This document shows, piece after piece, positions 1 to 7,166 of a stretch of DNA of 64,000 bases. Made by a program: the position numbers and the translations under genes. Each line of letters starts with the position of its first letter. Within the stretch, counting starts at the first letter, position 1. Below the pieces are notes generated by a model. The model was not told the DNA's origin, ran no database searches, and was given only the letters and a program-made list of their open reading frames with translations. The stretch lies in IMG/VR virus record IMGVR_UViG_3300046092_000062, positions 61,866 through 125,865 of that record; one strand, 5' to 3'. Source of the DNA: a virus.

Positions 1-132
1 TATCCGCACGATGACGAGTCGGGACTAAACCAATTGCACGACGTGGACGATTTGATTGCATTAAAATTAAGCAATAATGATTTAGAGAACATCGCTTACA
101 AAAACGCCGAACGAATTTTTCGGTTAGTATAG
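1..132 (+). CDS. 3' end of an upstream gene (C-terminal fragment; ends ...NAERIFRLV, amidohydrolase-like tail)
   Basis: The frame is open from base 1 to a TAG at 130-132, and the C-terminal motif fits the end of amidohydrolase-type genes. Confidence 0.35.
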   Translation, partial: YPHDDESGLNQLHDVDDLIALKLSNNDLENIAYKNAERIFRLV

Positions 133-138
133 AATTGT

Positions 139-212
139 TGGGGATTAGTTAAACGGTATAACTACGGATTTTGATTCCGTCATTAGTGGTTCGATTCCAC
201 TATCCTCTGCCA
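139..212 (+). tRNA. tRNA-Gln(TTG)
   Basis: Cloverleaf folded by hand. The anticodon arm ACGGA-TTTTGAT-TCCGT matches E. coli tRNA-Gln and the T arm is AGTGG-TTCGATT-CCACT. Positions 1 and 72 form a U-U mismatch and the CCA end is encoded. Confidence 0.65.
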
Positions 213-384
213 AAATTTCATATCCTGTACGAACGGCAGCTCTTGCTTTTCAGGATAATCTCGTGTAAAATGTTTAACACAAGAGAAGCTCTTAGCATCG
301 GAATAAGTTCCGTTGCCGAGTTTAAGTAATTCATCGAATCCAGGATTGGGTTTGCTCATACTGTATTTAACACAAGGAAACAAA

Positions 385-888
385 ATGCCCTGGATCCAAA
401 ACGTAGCACGTAGCGATGTCACTAAAGGGTTTCACATCAACCCCGGTGATAACGCTATGTTGATTCAAATCGTTGACTGCGGCAGCGAATTTCCTACTCC
501 CCTTTACAAGTTTAAAGAAGCTCATCAATTTGAGTTTTTAGATGTAGAGGAAAAGGACTACGTTCTTGAAGAAGAAATGAAGTGCAGTCACGAACAAGCC
601 GCAGAGCTAGTTCGTTTGTTGCAACATGCACTAGAGAATCGCATGAACGTTATTGTTCATTGCCATGCTGGTGTTTGCCGCAGCGGTGCAGTATGTGAAG
701 TTGGAGTCATGCTTGGCTTTGATGACACTGAAGCATTTCGTGCTCCTAACTTGCTAGTCAAGCATCGCATGATGAAGCAGCTGGGTTGGACGTATGATGA
801 GAACGAAGAGCCAACGATCAATGGTCAACCATATCAATACAGCGCAGGCGGGATCATTTTACCCCCAAGTCACGAAGGTGATATTTAA
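385..888 (+). CDS. protein-tyrosine / dual-specificity phosphatase (CX5R P-loop HCHAGVCRSG)
   Basis: The P-loop signature sits in ORF 313..888. The start was moved to the ATG at 385, which has an AAGGA ribosome-binding site, because position 313 is a TTG inside the preceding intergenic region. Confidence 0.65.
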   Translation: MPWIQNVARSDVTKGFHINPGDNAMLIQIVDCGSEFPTPLYKFKEAHQFEFLDVEEKDYVLEEEMKCSHEQAAELVRLLQHALENRMNVIVHCHAGVCRSGAVCEVGVMLGFDDTEAFRAPNLLVKHRMMKQLGWTYDENEEPTINGQPYQYSAGGIILPPSHEGDI

Positions 889-1229
889 TGCACAAAATCT
901 ACGTTGATGTTCCGTACGAGTACAACTATGTGTACCGAGTTGATCATGATGAGTCCACTGGTCCAGAAGTGCTAGCAAGGGACTTTGGGGTAAAGTTTGC
1001 GTTTATTTGCAACGCTGCTCAGAGATTCAGCAACCCCGAAGGACTTGGAGCAGTGGGCAATACAGGTGATGCTCACGTGGTATGGCTTGAGTCGGAGAAA
1101 GACGAATTGTTCTTTCTAATCAAGTCCGGATTTACCAAGTTAAATAAAGATGTAGTTGAACTATTCTTGAAAGCAAGATTGGAAGCTATGCGATTAAAAG
1201 AGAGGAATGATTATGAAACGTGTAATTGA
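888..1229 (+). CDS. hypothetical protein
   Basis: ORF track entry. Its ATG overlaps the upstream stop (TAATG). Confidence 0.5.
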   Translation: MHKIYVDVPYEYNYVYRVDHDESTGPEVLARDFGVKFAFICNAAQRFSNPEGLGAVGNTGDAHVVWLESEKDELFFLIKSGFTKLNKDVVELFLKARLEAMRLKERNDYETCN

Positions 1230-1884
1230 GGTCCGTGCCGCAGAAGGTGGCGAAGACAGTAAACTATTTGTAAAAGACTTGGCACAAGCCTACATTAAAT
1301 TTGCACACAGCAAAGGCTGAACTAGCCGCCTGATAAATGAGTATCTTGGCGAAGTTCATATCTTAGTCGAGGGTGCTGATTTATCTGGCTTATACAACGA
1401 GCCAGGTGGACACCGAATACAGCGTGTACCACCAACAGAGCGAAAAGGACGAGTACATACCAGTACTGTTACTGTCGCTGTTGTTGATCCAAGTGTGCCG
1501 ACCACTACCATAAAAGAATCTGATTTGCGGATTGAATGGTACAGCGGAACAGGCGCAGGAGGACAACACCGTAACAAGCACCAAAACAGTGCCCGCGTTA
1601 CGCACATACCTAGTGGCACAGTAGTAACAGCACAGTGTCGCAGTAGGGAAAATAGTTTGGCAGAAGCTATGCAAACTATTCGAGAAAGAGTTGACAAGAT
1701 AACAAAAGACTGTTATAATAACAACTTAGCAAGCAACAGAAAGCAACAAGTTGGTTCAGGGATGCGAGGAGACAAAATTCGCACATACCGCTTTCAGGAC
1801 GATACAGTTAAAGATCACGTAAGTGACAAGACTGCAAGCGTTAAGAAAGTGTTAGCCGGCAACTTTGACTTACTTTGGAATTAA
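1213..1884 (+). CDS. class-I release-factor-like protein (domains 2-4 only; PxT = PPT and GGQ motifs) with an in-frame TGA at 1318..1320
   Basis: An ATG at 1213 has a GAGGAA ribosome-binding site. The reading frame is continuous through to 1884 except for one TGA. The residues after the TGA (GGHRIQRVPPTERKGRVHTS...SGTGAGGQHRNK) align to RF1 domain 3. The TGA sits where RF1 has a conserved Trp (compare ...AEARRWRVEI). Confidence 0.55.
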
Positions 1885-1984
1885 AAAGGAAAATTGACAT
1901 GAAACGTTCAGGTAAACGATAGTGTCATCCTAGACCCCCGTATGGTCCTGGATGGCACGTAAAAGAAAAATATTTACGATCCAT

Positions 1985-2059
1985 CCACAGCAAACTTTGC
2001 TGGCGAAGTACCCGGCTCTTACCCGGACTAACAGAGTTCGATTCTCTGGCTGTGGACCA
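1985..2059 (+). tRNA. tRNA-Lys(CTT) (tentative anticodon)
   Basis: A 7-bp acceptor stem CCACAGC/GCTGTGG, the T arm CAGAG-TTCGATT-CTCTG, anticodon loop CTCTTAC, and an encoded CCA end. The anticodon stem has one mismatch. Confidence 0.5.
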
Positions 2060-2062
2060 TAT

Positions 2063-2137
2063 GGGGGTATAACTTAGCGGCTAAAGTATCTGGCTTTTAA
2101 CCAGAGAACCAGAGTTCGATTCTCTGTGCCCCTACCA
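2063..2137 (+). tRNA. tRNA-Lys(TTT)
   Basis: Acceptor stem GGGGGTA/TGCCCCT, D stem ACTT/AAGT, anticodon arm TCTGG-CTTTTAA-CCAGA, T arm CAGAG-TTCGATT-CTCTG, and an encoded CCA end. Confidence 0.75.
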
Positions 2138-2143
2138 TATCAA

Positions 2144-2256
2144 AGTACGCTAGTGCATTATAGTGAATCAGGTCGCTCCTGTGGAAGCTAAAACTGCATC
2201 AATTGCCCTGGAGGGAAAGGTCGACGGCTGCGGTTCGATTCCGTAGCGTACTTTGA
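2144..2256 (+). ncRNA. tRNA-like, 113-nt element bracketed by a perfect 18-bp inverted repeat; carries a canonical T arm but is too long for a tRNA
   Basis: CCATATCAAAGTACGCTA at 2138-2155 is the exact reverse complement of TAGCGTACTTTGATATGG at 2245-2262. The interior contains TGCGG-TTCGATT-CCGTA. No standard D arm or anticodon arm could be folded. Confidence 0.3.
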
Positions 2257-2269
2257 TATGGTAAGGCAT

Positions 2270-2347
2270 GGAAGTATAGCTCAGTTGGTTTAGAGCATCG
2301 GACTTTTAATCCGAGGGTCCTGGGTTCGAGCCCCAGTGCTTCTACCA
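2270..2347 (+). tRNA. tRNA-Lys(TTT)
   Basis: Acceptor stem GGAAGTA/TGCTTCT (with G-U pairs), D arm GCTCAGTTGGTTTAGAGC, anticodon arm TCGGA-CTTTTAA-TCCGA, T arm CTGGG-TTCGAGC-CCCAG, and an encoded CCA end. Confidence 0.75.
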
Positions 2348-2416
2348 TATGCAAACACATTTTTCTGAACGCCAGTCATTTGCCGTGCAGAGTAGGTCAA
2401 GTGTGTTTACATATGG
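2346..2416 (+). ncRNA. hairpin-bracketed small RNA element (not tRNA-like inside)
   Basis: ATATGCAAACACAT ... GTGTGTTTACATAT form an imperfect 14-bp inverted repeat around about 40 nt. The same bracket reappears at 13012-13112. Confidence 0.3.
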
Positions 2417-2548
2417 TACTAGAAGGAGTAATTAACCTTCGCCATAATCGGGAGTCATGACCCGATGAACTCGTAGTCTTCTAATTGGTTAGGAAAGGCC
2501 CGTTATGGGGCTTAATGTTGGTTCGAGCCCAACCTACAATGAGTTCGC

Positions 2549-2637
2549 ATATATAAACATACTAGTCGGCGACTAAGCGTATTGCACGGTCTCTACGGAG
2601 TGAAAGGGTCAGTGGTTCGATTCCACATAGTGTGTTT
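2549..2637 (+). ncRNA. possible long-variable-arm tRNA (type II) or degenerate tRNA; isotype unresolved
   Basis: The acceptor stem CATACTA/TAGTGTG pairs fully and the T arm is AGTGG-TTCGATT-CCACA. The D arm and anticodon arm could not be folded convincingly. Confidence 0.3.
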
Positions 2638-2992
2638 TTATATGGTGCAAAAGTAATAAAGGGACTTGGGTGCCCAGAGTTTTGAAAACTCACACACTAT
2701 AGTCGGCATGTGTGTCCACCGTGCATTAACCGACGTTTAAATAAAGCTAGGGCAAGCGCCAGTTAACGGTGGAGCCTATATAGAAGTATTCTTGGCATAA
2801 GTCAAAGCGGGAGAAGAAGCCTAGTATCTGCAGATGCGAAAGTTTCAGAGCTTGACTCCTCCTATGCTTGCATTTGAGAGTGCTTCTATATGGTATAGTG
2901 TAATGCGAATGCACGGGATCGCCACATAAGCCTTTGACGAGCGGTGGAACAAGGTTCAGGTGTGGTAGGAACCCACAATGCCATTTAAATTT

Positions 2993-3068
2993 GCCTTTAT
3001 AGCTCAGTTGGTAGAGCAGAGGATTGAAAATCCTTGTGTCACTGGTTCGAATCCGGTTAGAGGCACCA
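2993..3068 (+). tRNA. tRNA-Phe(GAA)
   Basis: The sequence is close to E. coli tRNA-Phe. It has acceptor stem GCCTTTA/TAGAGGC, D arm GCTCAGTTGGTAGAGC, anticodon arm GAGGA-TTGAAAA-TCCTT, T arm CTGGTTCGAATCCGG, and an encoded CCA end. Confidence 0.85.
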
Positions 3069-3083
3069 AATTATAGGAGTAGT

Positions 3084-4307
3084 ATGGCAAAGTTTTCGGA
3101 GAAGTTCTTCTGTCCTGCACCGTGGACAATGTTATACTATCATGCCAACTCTCCTAGTCCGTGCCACATGATTAAAAATTTAGAGATGGAAGCGACCCCA
3201 TCTGAATATTTTAATAGCGAATGGCTTAAGAATATAAAACAAGAAATGCAGCAAGGGATTGTTCCTGCTGCATGTTCTGGTTGTAAAGAGCGTGAGAGTC
3301 ATGGACTAAAAAGCACACGCGGCGCTATTTGGAATTACTATAATGTAGGACCTGAGCCCGAGTACGAAGATCAATGGTTCGCAAACAAGTTTACCGCAGA
3401 CAGCCCAACCGTTCCAAAAAGAATTGAGCTTAGGTTTAGTAATCTATGTAATATGAAATGCAGGATGTGCGACGAAACATCTAGTTCCAGCTTTGCAGCA
3501 GAAAAAATTGAACATAAGATTAAACCAGACAAAAACGGAAGTCATCTTGAGCATAGCGTGATACCCATCACAAAGATAGAAAACAATTCAATTGATGGCC
3601 TCATGGATACTGCCTTTCTAGCGTCAGTTCGAAAGGTATGTTTAACCGGTGGCGAACCATTTTTAATAAAAGAATATTACAGCTATCTAGATTACTTAAT
3701 AGACAACGGTTTTAACAAAACACTAGACGTAGAATTGTTTACAAATTGCAGTGTATATAATCCATTGTTTATTGATCGACTTAGTAAATTTAAAACAGTT
3801 CAAATGGTGATGAGCATCGATGCTGTGGGCAAAGCGGCTGAATATATTCGTAGTGGAACCGATTGGCCTAAAGTGGAAGCCAATGTGCTTCGACTAAATC
3901 AACTAGCAGCTCCATTTAAAATGGAAGTTACAACTGCCATATCTGCATACAGCCTAATGGACTTTGCAGAGACTGCACGATTTCTAATGAGGTTGTACAC
4001 CGAAAACAACACCATTGGCGTAAAATGTTACAACGTAACTTCGCCTCCGGGTATGCACTTTAATAATCTGCCTAAGCCGTTGAGAATACAAGCAATAGAT
4101 CAAATCGACAAGGCAGTAGAGATTCTAACAGCACCAAACTATTTGGTACTAGTTACAGAGTTGTTAAACGTGAAACACGCATTGACTACTTCGTCCCCGG
4201 ATACACCACTGGCATTCTTTGACTATACTAAGAAGTACGACACCATTAGGGGAGAGTCGTTTGCGGAAGTGTTTTTAACATCTCCTGACAGCACAGATTA
4301 CTTGTAA
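3084..4307 (+). CDS. radical SAM enzyme (CNMKCRMC = CX3CX2C) with an N-terminal Cys-rich domain; paralog of 49128..50156
   Basis: ORF 3024..4307 trimmed to the ATG at 3084, which follows an AGGAG ribosome-binding site and lies after tRNA-Phe. The radical-SAM cysteine triad is present. Confidence 0.7.
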   Translation: MAKFSEKFFCPAPWTMLYYHANSPSPCHMIKNLEMEATPSEYFNSEWLKNIKQEMQQGIVPAACSGCKERESHGLKSTRGAIWNYYNVGPEPEYEDQWFANKFTADSPTVPKRIELRFSNLCNMKCRMCDETSSSSFAAEKIEHKIKPDKNGSHLEHSVIPITKIENNSIDGLMDTAFLASVRKVCLTGGEPFLIKEYYSYLDYLIDNGFNKTLDVELFTNCSVYNPLFIDRLSKFKTVQMVMSIDAVGKAAEYIRSGTDWPKVEANVLRLNQLAAPFKMEVTTAISAYSLMDFAETARFLMRLYTENNTIGVKCYNVTSPPGMHFNNLPKPLRIQAIDQIDKAVEILTAPNYLVLVTELLNVKHALTTSSPDTPLAFFDYTKKYDTIRGESFAEVFLTSPDSTDYL

Positions 4308-5296
4308 AGGTTGGCCACATACACAATATGGTCAATGGGGTGGTCTTTCCAATTATACACTGCTGGTAGATGATGTTTAATCTCCATAATTACAAACGCT
4401 TGCAGCAATGAATGGCTTCGTAGAAAATCTGTTAACTTATAGGTTTTTCTAAATTGTTCAATTTCGCTAAACCATTGTAAGTTTTGCTGGGCATCAATGT
4501 ATGTTTGGTGGAATGACTTTGTGTAACTAGTATCAAATGTGCCAGCCCCGATAGAGTTAACAAAATTGTCGAACCAAGTGGGAAATCGATCGCTAACAAT
4601 ATCAGTTAACGAGATCTGGTACAGGTGATCTATTCGGTCTTTGGGTAGTACATAGGTTTGTTCGTTAACTTCATGCCCGTTGTGTTGATTCCGTACACGA
4701 TACCATTCAGAATACCATTCCAGCCCGCCGGATAACTTATCATAGTCGATGCCTCTAAGGAATGGGAAAATTTCGTAATACGATTCAACAAACAAATTCC
4801 GCGCCTCAATAGAGTCTTGACAATTAAAACTATCAAACCCAAACCGACGTTCGACTATTTGATTCGCCTTAAAGAAAACAGGCCATTTGGTGATAGTATT
4901 TAATGATCCGTATTTGCGATCGTCGAGTACATCGTTATCATTGATAATAACAATAACTGGATCGGGATCACTTAATAGTATCGATCGGATAGCCATGTCC
5001 GGTCTTGACACATCAAAAGATGTTGGTATGTCATGACAGTTGAGTAGAAAAACTTTTTTCTCTTTTGGTTGATTGTATGTCATCCAAATTAGATGTTGAT
5101 GAATACTTTGATGAGTTGGTATTCTTGCGTGTAAGTGCGCAGTACCTATTCCTCCAAACATCTCACTAACTTCTTTGTTTACTGGATCATCAACGGTTTG
5201 ACTAGCTGAGTCAATTTCACTTTTGTTGATGCACCAATGTATATAACTACCCGACGACCCCGGCGGGTATAATAGATAAATGTTCTTTGACAGCAT
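4298..5296 (-). CDS. hypothetical protein with P-loop-like YPPGSSGSY motif (paralog family with 6302..7141 and 36984..37766; possibly sulfotransferase-like)
   Basis: Minus-strand ORF 4298..5440 trimmed to the Met at 5296, because its N-terminal extension is antisense to tRNA-Thr. Confidence 0.5.
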   Translation of the reverse strand: MLSKNIYLLYPPGSSGSYIHWCINKSEIDSASQTVDDPVNKEVSEMFGGIGTAHLHARIPTHQSIHQHLIWMTYNQPKEKKVFLLNCHDIPTSFDVSRPDMAIRSILLSDPDPVIVIINDNDVLDDRKYGSLNTITKWPVFFKANQIVERRFGFDSFNCQDSIEARNLFVESYYEIFPFLRGIDYDKLSGGLEWYSEWYRVRNQHNGHEVNEQTYVLPKDRIDHLYQISLTDIVSDRFPTWFDNFVNSIGAGTFDTSYTKSFHQTYIDAQQNLQWFSEIEQFRKTYKLTDFLRSHSLLQAFVIMEIKHHLPAVYNWKDHPIDHIVYVANLYK

Positions 5297-5317
5297 GGAA
5301 TATTTATTGAAATAAAT

Positions 5318-5391
5318 GCTCTTATAGGTAAATGGTATATCGGCGCTGTGGTATAGCGCAGTCCTAAGTTCGATTCTTAGTAGGAGCACCA
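5318..5391 (+). tRNA. tRNA-Thr(GGT)
   Basis: Acceptor stem GCTCTTA/TAGGAGC, D arm GGTA-AATGGTA-TATC, anticodon arm GCGCT-GTGGTAT-AGCGC, T arm CTAAG-TTCGATT-CTTAG, and an encoded CCA end. Confidence 0.7.
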
Positions 5392-5406
5392 CGTGATAAG
5401 TATCTA

Positions 5407-6318
5407 ATGCAACATAATTTTTTACCATGTAAATATCCAATTATTTGTGCCCCGATGAATAGAGTGTCGGACGTTAAGCTAGCACTTGCAGTTCATAGAG
5501 CTGGGTGCTTGCCGAGCCTTGTGGTCCACAATCATGATGAATCTGAATTAGCTAACGATGTGGCTAAGATTGTGAACGAAATGAAAGAGTTCACAGAGCT
5601 GTCGGGATCAAGCGATTTTATACTTGCACTTAGATCAGATTTTTTATTAAAAGATACCAAGCTGCTCCCTGCGATGTTAAAGTACAGGCCTGCGTATGTT
5701 GAATTCTTTGACAATATTGATTGGTCTGACATAAAGGTGGTCAACCTTATTAAGCTGCTTAGAACATACAGAATTAAAATAATCTATAAAATACTTGCAC
5801 CTAGAATATTGGGCAAGTTAGTGGAATTTGTTGACGCTATTGACGTTAAGGGCCCTGATGCCGCTGCCCGTGTGAATACCACAACTACTACTAGTTTAGT
5901 AGATCGGATTAAGCAACTGAAATCCGCTAATCCACATTTGCACATTATTGCATCTGGTGGTATGTCATCGCAACAGGATGTGCAGGCATGTATTGACGCT
6001 GGCGCAAGTGCAGTGGCATTGGGCACAGTATTTGCCATGTCAGAAGAGTCGTCGATTTCAGTTGAGACAAAAATGAAAATGATTGAATCAACATTCTCAC
6101 AAGTTGTGAACATTGGCGAAGCCCAACAAAATGCGTTAGTGTTTACAAACGAAAAAGATGTTGACGGCAACCACACTGTGGGACTAGAACTTGGTATAAA
6201 AAGCCCAGTCGCTGGTCATGTGTTTGTGGGGAAAGCAATTGATTCAATTGACTCAATTAAAACAGTGGAAACAATCGTGTCGGAGCTAACTGGGGTAACT
6301 GATGCAAAAACCCGATGA
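5407..6318 (+). CDS. nitronate monooxygenase / FabK-like FMN-dependent TIM-barrel oxidoreductase
   Basis: Motifs PIICAPM and SDVKLALAV..AG, plus IIASGG...GASAVALGTVF, are typical of the NMO/2-nitropropane dioxygenase family. Confidence 0.6.
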   Translation: MQHNFLPCKYPIICAPMNRVSDVKLALAVHRAGCLPSLVVHNHDESELANDVAKIVNEMKEFTELSGSSDFILALRSDFLLKDTKLLPAMLKYRPAYVEFFDNIDWSDIKVVNLIKLLRTYRIKIIYKILAPRILGKLVEFVDAIDVKGPDAAARVNTTTTTSLVDRIKQLKSANPHLHIIASGGMSSQQDVQACIDAGASAVALGTVFAMSEESSISVETKMKMIESTFSQVVNIGEAQQNALVFTNEKDVDGNHTVGLELGIKSPVAGHVFVGKAIDSIDSIKTVETIVSELTGVTDAKTR

Positions 6319-7141
6319 TGTAACTATTTGTTACTTCGGGGGCAGCGGCGGCTTCTTTTGCTTGTACCTTCTTTTGCTTAGTAACCAATACCAATGCTGC
6401 TTCGAAAATGGGTCAGCTGACGCACACGTAACAAAAGTTACGCAATGGGATATACAGAATGTTTCCAATTGGAAAGATAATGAGATATGGCCTAACAACA
6501 GCAACACCAAAGCAGAGAGTTTCGATGTTAGCAAAGTCTTTTTTCTTTGTAACCCATTGCAATTAACGCAAAAGCCCGGAGTGCAAGATGACGTGCTATC
6601 TAAATGTCCAGGAAAGAAAATTCTATTGTACACAGATTTAGAAACACAATGGCATCTAACAAAAACTAAACGTGCCTACTGGTTTCAAAAAGGACAGCAG
6701 CTAAACGGACAAGGACCAAGTTGGCAGACAGCCGAATATCGTGAAGAACAAGTGCTAATATGGTATAATAACATCAGACAGGATAGCTGGCCTCAAATCT
6801 CCAAGGCAGATGATTTTTACAATCTTCCGCAGGAAATACAGGATATTTGTATAACTGACTATAGCATGTGGGAAGTCCTTGACATTGGCAAATTTGACAA
6901 TGATGACTACCGACCCCGTGGAGTAGAGTTTAGGGGAGACATAGTGTACAAGAAAGTAGTGGACATTATGCCTAAGATGGACATAGTGGTTAAGCTACAA
7001 GATTTGATTAAAACACAAGGCCGTGTGTTGTTCGACCAGCTTGGTATTGAGACAAACAAAGACACGCAAAAGTTCATAATCCAGTACCTGTCGTTGCACA
7101 CAGTCGAGCAGCGGAAATTCCTATTAGGCAAGCACATATAA
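6302..7141 (+). CDS. hypothetical protein, CYFGGSGGFF motif (paralog family X)
   Basis: ORF track entry. The N-terminal glycine-rich loop resembles the motifs in 4298..5296 and 36984..37766. Confidence 0.5.
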   Translation: MQKPDDVTICYFGGSGGFFCLYLLLLSNQYQCCFENGSADAHVTKVTQWDIQNVSNWKDNEIWPNNSNTKAESFDVSKVFFLCNPLQLTQKPGVQDDVLSKCPGKKILLYTDLETQWHLTKTKRAYWFQKGQQLNGQGPSWQTAEYREEQVLIWYNNIRQDSWPQISKADDFYNLPQEIQDICITDYSMWEVLDIGKFDNDDYRPRGVEFRGDIVYKKVVDIMPKMDIVVKLQDLIKTQGRVLFDQLGIETNKDTQKFIIQYLSLHTVEQRKFLLGKHI

Positions 7142-7166
7142 TCAATTTGGCAACCAACTCATAATT

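Noticed and set aside
313-384. TTG start at 313 for the phosphatase ORF
   Set aside because: There is no ribosome-binding site. The ATG at 385 has an AAGGA ribosome-binding site and removes 24 low-complexity codons.
3084-4307. Assigning the radical-SAM enzymes to viperin, MoaA or QueE because of the CNxKCxxC motif
   Set aside because: CN-x2-C-x2-C is shared by many radical-SAM families, and the flanking domains (N-terminal Cys cluster, C-terminal SPASM-like) do not match those enzymes.
5297-5440. N-terminal 48 codons of minus-strand ORF 4298..5440
   Set aside because: The extension is the antisense of tRNA-Thr (VLLLRIELRTAL). The CDS was trimmed to the Met at 5296.
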